A stretch of 64,000 bases of DNA from the NCBI GenBank assembly GCA_009914755.4, contig CP068257.2, positions 768,001 to 832,000 of the forward strand. Reading direction: 5' to 3'. How positions within the stretch are numbered: position 1 is the stretch's first letter; every line of letters starts with the position of its first letter. This stretch comes from the human T2T-CHM13v2.0 reference genome, Homo sapiens. The translations under genes and the position numbers were made by a program. Below, one piece after another: positions 53,501 through 64,000 of the stretch. The notes beneath the pieces are model-generated. The model made no database searches and had not been told where the DNA came from. It saw nothing but the letters and a program-made list of their open reading frames with translations.

Positions 53501-56500
53501 TGTAACTTTAGTCTAGGCTCTGGCTACACGGCATTGTGACATATCACTGCACTGATCAACCAGGTGATATAACTCTGGTATAGGCTCTGCCTACAGGGGG
53601 CTTGTGACCTACCTCTGCACTGATCACCCAGGTGATATAACTCTTCTCTAGGATCTGCCTACAGGGTGCTTTGTGACATATCCCTGCACTGATCACCCAG
53701 GTGACCTAACTCTGGTCTAAGCTCTGCCTAAAGGGGCATTGTGACAGATCTCTGCACTGATCACTCAGGTGATGTAACTATTGTCTAGGCTCTGCTTAAA
53801 GGGGCCTTGTCACATATCCCTGCACTGATCACCCAGGTGATGTAACTCTTGTCTAGGCTCTGCTTCCAGGGCATATTGTGACATAACTATGCACTGATCA
53901 CCTTAGTGATTTAACACTTGTGTAGGCTCGGCCTACAGAGGAATCTTGACATATCTCTGAACTGTTAAACGAGGTGATTTAACTCTTGTCTAGGCTGTGC
54001 CCACAGGGGGATTGAGACATATCTCTGCACTGATCCCGAGGTGATCCAACTCTTGCCTGGTCTCTGCCTACTGGGGACATTGTGACATATCTCTGCACTG
54101 ATCTCCCAGGTGCTGTAAATTTTGTCTAGGCTCTGGCTACACGGCATTGTGACTTATCACTGCACTGATCACCCAGGCGATACAACTCTTGTCTAGGCTC
54201 TGCCTACAATGGTCTTGTGACATATCTCTGCACTGATCACCCAGGTGATATAACTCTTCTCTAGGATCTGACCACGGGGTGCTTTGTGAAATATCCCTGC
54301 AATGATCACCCAGGTGATATACCACTTGCCAAGGCTCTGCTTACAGGGGCATTGCAATGTATCTCTGCACTGATCACCTAGGTCTTGTAGCTATTTTCTA
54401 GGATCTGCCTACAGGGTGCTTTGTGACGTGTCCCAGCAAGGATTACCCAGGTGATGTACCTCTCACCAAGGCTCTGCCTACAGGCACATTGCGATATATC
54501 TCTGCACTGATCACCTAGGTCACGTAACTTTTGTCTAGGCTCTACCTACGATGGTATTGTGACATATCTCTGCACTAATCATCCAAGTGATGTAACACTT
54601 GTCTAGGATGTGCCTAAATTAACTTTTTGACATAACCCTGTACTGATCATCCAGGTGATGGGGCTTTTGTCTAGGCTCTGCCTAAGGGGGCATTGTGACA
54701 TATTTGTGCATTGATCACCCAGGTGGCGAACTCTTCTCTCGGATCTGCCTATGGGGGCATTGTGAGAAATCTCTGCACTGATCACCCAGGTGATGTAACT
54801 GTTGTGTAACCTCTGCCTACAGGGGAATTGTGAGAGATCTCCCCACTGATTACCCAAGTGATGTAACCATTGTCTAGGCTTTGCGTACAGGGGGCTTTGT
54901 GACATACCTTTGCACTGATCACCCAGGTGATGTAACACATCTAAGTTCGGCCTAAAGGAGCTTTGTGACACATCTCTGCACTGATCACTTAGGTGATGTA
55001 ACACTTTTATAATCACTGCCTACAGGGAATTTTGACAAATCTCTGCACTGATCACCTAGGTGATGTAACTCTTGTCTACCCTCTGTCCAACGGGGCATTG
55101 TGAAATATCTCAGCACTGAACACCCAGGTGATTCAACTCTTGACTAGGAACTGCCTACAGAGGTTATTGTGAAATATCTCTGCACTGACAAACTAGGTGG
55201 TGTAACCCTTGTCCAAGCTCTGCCTACAGGGGCGTTTCCACATATCCCTGAACTGATGACAAAGGTGATGTAACTCTTGCCTAGGCTTTGCCTACAGGGA
55301 CATTGGACATATATCTGCACTGATCACCCAGGTGATGCAACTCTTGCCTAGGCTTTGCCTACAGGGTACTCTGTGACATATCTCTTCAATGACCACTCAT
55401 GTGATGCATCTCTTGCCTAGGCTTTGCCAACAGGGGACATTGTGACATATCTCTGCACTGATCTCCCTGGTACTGTAACTTTAGTCTAGGCTCTGGCTAC
55501 ACGGCATTGTGACATATCACTGCACTGATCAACCAGGTTATATAACTCTTGTATAGGCTCTGCCTACAGGGGGCTTGTGACCTACCTCTGCTCTGATCAC
55601 CCAGGTGATATAACTCTTCTCTAGGATCTGCCTACAGGGTGCTTTGTGACATATCCCTGCACTGATCACCCAGGTGACCTAACTCTGGTCTAAGCTCTGC
55701 CTAAAGGGGCATTGTGACAGATCTCTGCACTGATCACTCAGGTGATGTAACTATTGTCTAGGCTCTGCTTAAAGGGGCCTTGTCACATATCCCTGCACTG
55801 ATCACCCAGGTGATGTAACTCTTGTCTAGGCTCTGCTTCCAGGGCATATTGTGACATAACTATGCACTGATCACCTTAGTGATTTAACACTTGTGTAGGC
55901 TCGGCCTACAGAGGAATCTTGACATATCTCTGCACTGTTAAACGAGGTGATTTAACTCTTGTCTAGGCTGTGCCCACAGGGGGATTGAGACATATCTCTG
56001 CACTGATCCCGAGGTGATCCAACTCTTGCCTGGTCTCTGCCTACTGTGGACATTGTGACATATCTCTGCACTGATCTCCCAGGTGCTGTAAATTTTGTCT
56101 AGGCTCTGGCTACACGGCATTGTGACTTATCACTGCACTGATCACCCAGGCGATACAACTCTTGTCTAGGCTCCGCCTACAATGGTCTTGTGACATATCT
56201 CTGCACTGATCACCCAGGTGATATAACTCTTCTCTAGGATCTGACCACGGGGTGCTTTGTGACATATCCCTGCAATGATCACCCAGGTGATATACCACTT
56301 GCCAAGGCTCTGCTTACAGGGGCATTGCAATGTATCTCTGCACTGATCACCTAGGTCTTGTAGCTATTTTCTAGGATCTGCCTACAGGGTGCTTTGTGAC
56401 GGGTCCCAGCAAGGATTACCCAGGTGATGTACCTCTCATCAAGGCTCTGCCTACAGGCACATTGCGATATATCTCTGCACTGATCACCTAGGTCATGTAA

Positions 56501-59500
56501 CTTTTGTCTAGGCTCTACCTACGATGGTATTGTGACATATCTCTGCACTAATCATCCAACTGATGTAACACTTGTCTAGGATGTGCCTAAATTAACTTTT
56601 TGACATAACCCTGTACTGATCATCCAGGTGATGGGGCTTTTGTCTAGGCTCTGCCTAAGGGGGCATTGTGACATATTTCTGCAATGATCACCCAGGTGGC
56701 GAACTCTTCTCTCGGATCTGCCTATGGGGGCATTGTGAGAAATCTCTGCACTGATCACCCAGGTGATGTAACTGTTGTGTAACCTCTGCCTACAGGGGAA
56801 TTGTGAGAGATCTCGCCACTGATTACCCAAGTGATGTAACCATTGTCCAGGCTTTGCGTACAGGGGGCTTTGTGACATACCTTTGCACTGATCACCCAGG
56901 TGATGTAACACATCTAAGTTCGGCCTAAAGGAACTTTGTGACACACCTCTGCACTGATCACTTAGGTGATGTAACACTTTTATAATCACTGCCTACAGGG
57001 AATTTTGACAAATCTCTGCACTGATCACCTAGGTGATGTAACTCTTGTCTACCCTCTGTCCAACGGGGCATTGTGAAATATCTCAGCACTGAACACCCAG
57101 GTGATTCAACTCTTGACTAGGAACTGCCTACAGAGGTTATTGTGAAATATCTCTGCACTGATAAACTAGGTGGTGTAAACCTTGTCCAAGCTCTGCCTAC
57201 AGGGGCGTTTCCACATATCCCTGAACTGATGACAAAGGTGTTGTAACTCTTGCCTAGGCTTTGCCTACAGGGACATTGGACATATATCTGCACTGATCAC
57301 CCAGGTGATGCAACTCTTGCCTAGGCTTTGCCTACAGGGTACACTGTGACATATCTCTTCAATGATCACTCATGTGATGCATCTCTTGCCTAGGCTTTGC
57401 CTACAGGGGACATTGTGACATATCTCTGCACTGATACCCCAGGTGCTGTAACTTTAGTCTAGACTCTGGCTACACGGCATTGTGACATATCACTGCACTG
57501 ATGAACCAGGTGATATAACTCTTGTATAGGCTCTGCCTACAGGGGGCTTGTGACCTACCTCTGCACTGATCACCCAGGTGATATAACTCTTCTCTAGGAT
57601 CTGCCTACAGGGTGCTTTGTGACATATCCCTGCACTGATCATCCAGGTGACCTAACTCTGGTCTAAGCTCTGCCTAAAGGGGCATTGTGACAGATCTCTG
57701 CACTGATCACTCAGGTGATGTAACTATTGTCTAGGCTCTGCTTAAAGGGGCCTTGTCACATATCCCTGCACTGATCACCCAGGTGATGTAACTCTTGTCT
57801 AGGCTCTGCTTCCTGGACATATTGTGACATAGCTATGCACTGATCACCTTAGTGATGTAACACTTGTGTAGGCTCGGCCTACAGAGGAATCTTGACATAT
57901 CTCTGCACTGTTAAACGAGGTGATTTAACTCTTGTCTAGGCTGTGCCCACAGGGGGATTGAGACATATCTCTGCACTGATCCCGAGGTGATCCAACTCTT
58001 GCCTGGTCTCTGCCTACTGGGGACATTGTGACATATCTCTGCACTGATCTCCCAGGTGCTGTAAATTTTGTCTAGGCTCTGGCTACACGGCATTGTGACT
58101 TATCACTGCACTGATCACCCAGGCGATACAACTCTTGTCTAGGCTCTGCCTACAATGGTCTTGTGACATATCTCTGCACTGATCACCCAGGTGATATAAC
58201 TCTTCTCTAGGATCTGACCACGGGGTGCTTTGTGACATATCCCTGCAATGATCACCCAGGTGATATACCACTTGCCAAGGCTCTGCTTACAGGGGCATTG
58301 CAATGTATCTCTGCACTGATCACCTAGGTCTTGTAGCTATTTTCTAGGATCTGCCTGCAGGGTGCTTTGTGACGGGTCCCAGCAAGGATTACCCAGGTGA
58401 TGTACCTCTCATCAAGGCTCTGCCTACAGGCACATTGCGATATATCTCTGCACTGATAACCTAGGTCACGTAACTTTTGTCTAGGCTCTACCTACGATGG
58501 TATTGTGACATATCTCTGCACTAATCATCCAAGTGATGTAACACTTGTCTATGATGTGCCTAAATTAACTTTTTGACATAACCCTGTACTGATCATCCAG
58601 GTGATGGGGCTTTTGTCTAGGCTCTGCCTAAGGGGGCATTGTGACATATTTCTGCATTGATCACCCAGGTGGCGAACTCTTCTCTCGGATCTGCCTATGG
58701 GGGCATTGTGAGAAATCTCTGCACTGATCACCCAGGTGATGTAACTGTTGTGTAACCTCTGCCTACAGGGGAATTGTGAGAGATCTCCCCACTGATTACC
58801 CAAGTGATGTAACCATTGTCTAGGCTTTGCGTACAGGGGGCTTTGTGACATACCTTTGCACTGATCAACCAGGTGATGTAACACATCTAAGTTCGGCCTA
58901 AAGGAGCTTTGTGACACATCTCTGCACTGATCACTTAGGTGATGTAACACTTTTATAAGCACTGCCTACAGGGAATTTTGACAAATCTCTGCACTGATCA
59001 CCTAGGTGATGTAACTCTTGTCTACCCTCTGTCCAACGGGGCATTGTGAAATATCTCAGCACTGAACACCCAGGTGATTCAACTCTTGACTAGGAACTGC
59101 CTACAGAGGTTATTGTGAAATATCTCTGCACTGATAAACTAGGTGGTGTAACCCTTGTCCAAGCTCTGCCTACAGGGGCGTTTCCACATATCCCTGAACT
59201 GATGACAAAGGTGATGTAACTCTTGCCTAGGCTTTGCCTACAGGGGCATTGGACATATATCTGTACTGATCACCCAGGTGATGCAACTCTTGCCTAGGCT
59301 TTGCCTACAGGGGACACTGTGACATATCTCTTCAATGATCACTCATGTGATGCATCTCTTGCCTAGGCTTTGACAACAGGGGACATTGTGACATATCTCT
59401 GCACTGATCTCCCTGGTACTGTAACTTTAGTCTAGGCTCTGGCTACACGGCATTGTGACATATCACTGCACTGATCAACCAGGTGATATAACTCTTGTAT

Positions 59501-62500
59501 AGGCTCTGCCTACAGGGGGCTTGTGACCTACCTCTGCACTGATCACCCAGGTGATATAACTCTTCTCTAGGATCTGCCTACAGGGTGCTTTGTGACATAT
59601 CCCTGCACTGATCACCCAGGTGACTAACTCTGGTCTAAGCTCTGCCTAAAGGGGCATTGTGACAGATCTCTGCACTGATCACTCAGGTGATGTAACTATT
59701 GTCTAGGCTCTGCTTAAAGGGGCCTTGTCACATATCCCTGCACTGATCACCCAGGTGATGTAACTCTTGTCTAGGCTCTGCTTCCAGGGCATATTGTGAC
59801 ATAACTATGCACTGATCACCTTAGTGATTTAACACTTGTGTAGGCTCGGCCTACAGAGGAATCTTGACATATCTCTGAACTGTTAAACGAGGTGATTTAA
59901 CTCTTGTCTAGGCTGTGCCCACAGGGGGATTGAGACATATCTCTGCACTGATCCCGAGGTGATCCAACTCTTGCCTGGTCTCTGCCTACTGGGGACATTG
60001 TGACATATCTCTGCACTGATCTCCCAGGTGCTGTAAATTTTGTCTAGGCTCTGGCTACACGGCATTGTGACTTATCACTGCACTGATCACCCAGGCGATA
60101 CAACTCTTGTCTAGGCTCTGCCTACAATGGTCTTGTGACATATCTCTGCACTGATCACCCAGGTGATATAACTCTTCTCTAGGATCTGACCACGGGGTGC
60201 TTTGTGAAATATCCCTGCAATGATCACCCAGGTGATATACCACTTGCCAAGGCTCTGCTTACAGGGGCATTGCAATGTATCTCTGCACTGATCACCTAGG
60301 TCTTGTAGCTATTTTCTAGGATCTGCCTACAGGGTGCTTTGTGACGTGTCCCAGCAAAGATTACCCAGGTGATGTACCTCTCACCAAGGCTCTGCCTACA
60401 GGCACATTGCGATATATCTCTGCACTGATCACCTAGGTCATGTAACTTTTGTCTAGGCTCTACCTACGATGGTATTGTGACATATCTCTGCACTAATCAT
60501 CCAAGTGATGTAACACTTGTCTAGGATGTGCCTAAATTAACTTTTTGACATAACCCTGTACTGATCATCCAGGTGATGGGGCTTTTGTCTAGGCTCTGCC
60601 TAAGGGGGCATTGTGACATATTTGTGCATTGATCACCCAGGTGGCGAACTCTTCTCTCGGATCTGCCTATGGGGGCATTGTGAGAAATCTCTGCACTGAT
60701 AACCCAGGTGATGTAACTGTTGTGTAACCTCTGCCTACAGGGGAATTGTGAGAGATCTCCCCACTGATTACCCAAGTGATGTAACCATTGTCCAGGCTTT
60801 GCGTACAGGGGGCTTTGTGACATACCTTTGCACTGATCACCCAGGTGATGTAACACATCTAAGTTCGGCCTAAAGGAGCTTTGTGACACATCTCTGCACT
60901 GATCACTTAGGTGATGTAACACTTTTATAATCACTGCCTACAGGGAATTTTGACAAATCTCTGCACTGATCACCTAGGTGATGTAACTCTTGTCTACCCT
61001 CTGTCCAACGGGGCATTGTGAAATATCTCAGCACTGAACACCCAGGTGATTCAACTCTTGACTAGGAACTGCCTACAGAGGTTATTGTGAAATATCTCTG
61101 CACTGATAAACTAGGTGGTGTAACCCTTGTCCAAGCTCTGCCTACAGGGGCGTTTCCACATATCCCTGAACTGATGACAAAGGTGATGTAACTCTTGCCT
61201 AGGCTTTGCCTACAGGGACATTGGACATATATCTGCACTGATCACCCAGGAGATGCAACTCTTGCCTAGGCTTTGCCTACAGGGTACTCTGTGACATATC
61301 TCTTCAATGACCACTCATGTGATGCATCTCTTGCCTAGGCTTTGCCAACAGGGGACATTGTGACATATCTCTGCACTGATCTCCCTGGTACTGTAACTTT
61401 AGTCTAGGCTCTGGCTACACGGCATTGTGACATATCACTGCACTGATCAACCAGGTTATATAACTCTTGTATAGGCTCTGCCTACAGGGGGCTTGTGACC
61501 TACCTCTGCACTGATCACCCAGGTGATATAACTCTTCTCTAGGATCTGCCTACAGGGTGCTTTGTGACATATCCCTGCACTGATCACCCAGGTGACCTAA
61601 CTCTGGTCTAAGCTCTGCCTAAAGGGGCATTGTGACAGATCTCTGCACTGATCACTCAGGTGATGTAACTATTGTCTAGGCTCTGCTTAAAGGGGCCTTG
61701 TCACATATCCCTGCACTGATCACCCAGGTGATGTAACTCTTGTCTAGGCTCTGCTTCCAGGGCATATTGTGACATAACTATGCACTGATCACCTTAGTGA
61801 TTTAACACTTGTGTAGGCTCGGCCTACAGAGGAATCTTGACATATCTCTGAACTGTTAAACGAGGTGATTTAACTCTTGTCTAGGCTGTGCCCACAGGGG
61901 GATTGAGACATATCTCTGCACTGATCCCGAGGTGATCCAACTCTTGCCTGGTCTCTGCCTACTGGGGACATTGTGACATATCTCTGCACTGATCTCCCAG
62001 GTGCTGTAAATTTTGTCTAGGCTCTGGCTACACGGCATTGTGACTTATCACTGCACTGATCACCCAGGCGATACAACTATTGTCTAGGCTCTGCCTACAA
62101 TGGTCTTGTGACATATCTCTGCACTGATCACCCAGGTGATATAACTCTTCTCTAGGATCTGACCACGGGGTGCTTTGTGAAATATCCCTGCAATGAGCAC
62201 CCAGGTGATATACCACTTGCCAAGGCTCTGCTTACAGGGGCATTGCAATGTATCTCTGCACTGATCACCTAGGTCTTGTAGCTATTTTCTAGGATCTGCC
62301 TACAGGGGGCTTTGTGACGTGTCCCAGCAAGGATTACCCAGGTGATGTACCTCTCATCAAGGCTCTGCCTACAGGCACATTGCGATATATCTCTGCACTG
62401 ATCACCTAGGTCACGTAACTTTTGTCTAGGCTCTACCTACGATGGTATTGTGACATATCTCTGCACTAATCATCCAAGTGATGTAACACTTGTCTAGGAT

Positions 62501-63198
62501 GTGCCTAAATTAACTTTTTGACATAACCCTGTACTGATCATCCAGGTGATGGGGCTTTTGTCTAGGCTCTGCCTAAGGGGGCATTGTGACATATTTGTGC
62601 ATTGATCACCCAGGTGGCGAACTCTTCTCTCGGATCTGCCTATGGGGGCATTGTGAGAAATCTCTGCACTGATCACCCAGGTGATGTAACTGTTGTGTAA
62701 CCTCTGCCTACAGGGGAATTGTGAGAGATCTCCCCACTGATTACCCAAGTGATGTAACCATTGTCTAGGCTTTGCGTACAGGGGGCTTTGTGACATACCT
62801 TTGCACTGATCACCCAGGTGATGTAACACATCTAAGTTCGGCCTAAAGGAGCTTTGTGACACATCTCTGCACTGATCACTTAGGTGATGTAACACTTTTA
62901 TAATCACTGCCTACAGGGAATTTTGACAAATCTCTGCACTGATCACCTAGGTGATGTAACTCTTGTCTACCCTCTGTCCAACGGGGCATTGTGAAATATC
63001 TCAGCACTGAACACCCAGGTGATTCAACTCTTGACTAGGAACTGCCTACAGAGGTTATTGTGAAATATCTCTGCACTGATAAACTAGGTGGTGTAACCCT
63101 TGTCCAAGCTCTGCCTACAGGGGCGTTTCCACATATCCCTGAACTGATGACAAAGGTGATGTAACTCTTGCCTAGGCTTTGCCTACAGGGGCATTGGA
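41565..63198. repeat. Trimeric super-HOR (~5851-5919 bp, three HOR variants B-A-C), ~3.7 copies, mosaic.
   Basis: Variant B (QCTNMS; gtgaaatatccctgcaatg) has 137-aa-ORF anchors at 42833, 48752, 54603, 60521 (spacing 5919, 5851, 5918) plus 62494. Variant A (CRGVSQ, KPGQW, GDHCRNMS) is at 44806, 50657, 56576. Variant C/D (tgtctatgatgtgcc) is at 46779, 52630, 58549. Additional long-range matches: offset 11770 (44168/55938 share NVHSRQ) and offset 9729 (40290/50019 share NHPV; 39691/49421 share cttttcctacag; 39821/49551 share tacagtaac). Confidence 0.55.
49135..49190. other. Third occurrence of the cacttaggtgatgtaa|ctcttgtctaccc monomer-deletion junction.
   Basis: 49131-49200 is identical in arrangement to 39411-39480, including the downstream ctcaggactgaacacc variant. 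ORF at 48752 is the 142-aa form; spacing 48752 to 50657 is 1905. Confidence 0.75.
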
Positions 63199-64000
63199 CA
63201 TATATCTGTACTGATCACCCAGGTGATGCAACTCTTGCCTAGGCTTTGCCTACAGGGGACACTGTGACATATCTCTTCAATGATCACTCATGTGATGCAT
63301 CTCTTGCCTAGGCTTTGACAACAGGGGACATTGTGACATATCTCTGCACTGATCTCCCTGGTACTGTAACTTTAGTCTAGGCTCTGGCTACACGGCATTG
63401 TGACATATCACTGCACTGATCAACCAGGTGATATAACTCTTGTATAGGCTCTGCCTACAGGGGGCTTGTGACCTACCTCTGCACTGATCACCCAGGTGAT
63501 ATAACTCTTCTCTAGGATCTGCCTACAGGGTGCTTTGTGACATATCCCTGCACTGATCACCCAGGTGACTAACTCTGGTCTAAGCTCTGCCTAAAGGGGC
63601 ATTGTGACAGATCTCTGCACTGATCACTCAGGTGATGTAACTATTGTCTAGGCTCTGCTTAAAGGGGCCTTGTCACATATCCCTGCACTGATCACCCAGG
63701 TGATGTAACTCTTGTCTAGGCTCTGCTTCCAGGGCATATTGTGACATAACTATGCACTGATCACCTTAGTGATTTAACACTTGTGTAGGCTCGGCCTACA
63801 GAGGAATCTTGACATATCTCTGAACTGTTAAACGAGGTGATTTAACTCTTGTCTAGGCTGTGCCCACAGGGGGATTGAGACATATCTCTGCACTGATCCC
63901 GAGGTGATCCAACTCTTGCCTGGTCTCTGCCTACTGGGGACATTGTGACATATCTCTGCACTGATCTCCCAGGTGCTGTAAATTTTGTCTAGGCTCTGGC

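Larger units (their letters stand above)
1..64000. repeat. Tandem satellite array of ~68-bp monomers (beta-satellite / Sau3A-family-like), single orientation, ~940 monomers. No unique sequence or interspersed element seen.
   Basis: Phase-marker motif ctgcactgat recurs at 213, 281, 350, 418, 486, giving a 68-69 bp period. The same monomer family (tgatcacccaggtgatgtaactcttgtctaggctctgcctacaggggcattgtgacatatctctgcac and variants) is visible on every line of the window. GATC (tgatca) occurs once in most monomers. Assignment to beta satellite rests on my recollection of the 68-bp Sau3A consensus (reverse complement of this strand). Confidence 0.9.
20350..64000. repeat. HOR subfamily 2: same 29-monomer register (1971-1973 bp), ~22 copies; diverged from subfamily 1 by several percent (by eye); copies 97-99.9% identical to each other.
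   Basis: HOR-phase starts inferred at about 21708, 23680, 25651, 27623, 29596, 31839, 33810, 35782, 37755, 39660, 41565, 43538, 45511, 47484, 49389, 51362, 53335, 55308, 57281, 59253, 61226, 63199 (137-aa ORF low coordinate minus 1268; the marker itself was located only at 21708). Diagnostic differences from subfamily 1: gtcttgtagctattttctagg vs gtcttgtaactcttttctagg; ggaactgcctacag vs ggatctgcctacag; cacttttataatcactgcc vs cacttttataagcactgcc. Confidence 0.8.

Noticed and set aside
938-62907. The ~130 minus-strand ORFs of 60-148 aa in the supplied track (for example the 137-aa ORFs at 1404, 3378 ... 62494; 62-aa and 65-aa ORFs in every HOR copy), as possible genes or a repeat-containing protein
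   Set aside because: They are read-through of satellite monomers. The same ORF set recurs once per 1973-bp HOR copy with satellite-level (1-3 aa) variation. They show an internal ~22-23-aa peptide periodicity (HHLSDQCRDMSQ / HHLGDQCKGMSQ / HHLGDQWRDLSQ) that simply mirrors consecutive 66-69-bp monomers. None exceeds 148 aa, and lengths change with single-base indels (19098: 114 aa after a 1-bp deletion; 46779 and 52630: 60 aa after a C>T). There is no non-repeat flanking or promoter context.
1-64000. CRISPR array (regular short repeats)
   Set aside because: The repeats are contiguous 68-bp monomers with no unique spacers between them. The period and the absence of spacers or cas genes are incompatible with CRISPR; this is eukaryotic-type satellite DNA.
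1-64000. Coding minisatellite/VNTR inside a gene, or rDNA/tRNA/snRNA tandem genes
   Set aside because: No recognisable rRNA, tRNA or snRNA sequence features are present. The 68-bp period is not a multiple of 3, frames are repeatedly interrupted by stops, and the array spans the entire 64 kb with a HOR organisation typical of non-coding satellite.

Overview
The whole 64-kb window is one uninterrupted tandem satellite array, and I can support no genes, RNA genes, CRISPR arrays, mobile elements or unique sequence in it. The monomer is about 68 bp (phase-marker motif ctgcactgat recurs at 213, 281, 350, 418, 486) and carries a GATC (tgatca) Sau3A/MboI site in most copies. From memory it matches the primate/human beta-satellite (Sau3A 68-bp) family in reverse-complement orientation. 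That identification needs confirming with RepeatMasker/Dfam, and the species and chromosome cannot be determined from this window. Monomers are organised into a 29-monomer higher-order repeat (HOR) of 1973-1974 bp, with about 32 copies, all in one orientation. Two HOR subfamilies abut: subfamily 1 (1-19735, copies H1-H10) and subfamily 2 (about 20350-64000), joined by a hybrid copy at 19736-20350 with no intervening unique sequence. Above the HOR level there are nested super-repeats and recent rearrangements. In subfamily 1 these are a 135-bp two-monomer tandem duplication that makes H1 2109 bp, an alternating dimeric HOR pair (3947 bp) in 1-10 kb, and a tetrameric period of 7825-7827 bp that includes one 28-monomer (1905-bp) HOR in each unit. 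In subfamily 2 there is an 8159-bp tandem duplication about 99.9% identical by eye (23139-31297 and 31298-39457) with a compound breakpoint at about 31.26-31.30 kb. There are also recurrent one-monomer (68-bp) deletion junctions, including three of the same type at 31.26 kb, 39.42 kb and 49.15 kb, and a different one at 41.39 kb. A trimeric super-HOR of about 5.85-5.92 kb runs from about 41.6 to 63.2 kb. All ORFs in the supplied track are artefacts of reading through repeated monomers: the same peptide sets recur once per HOR and none exceeds 148 aa. The interesting content is structural (unequal-crossover history, breakpoint microhomology, the subfamily junction) rather than a new functional system.
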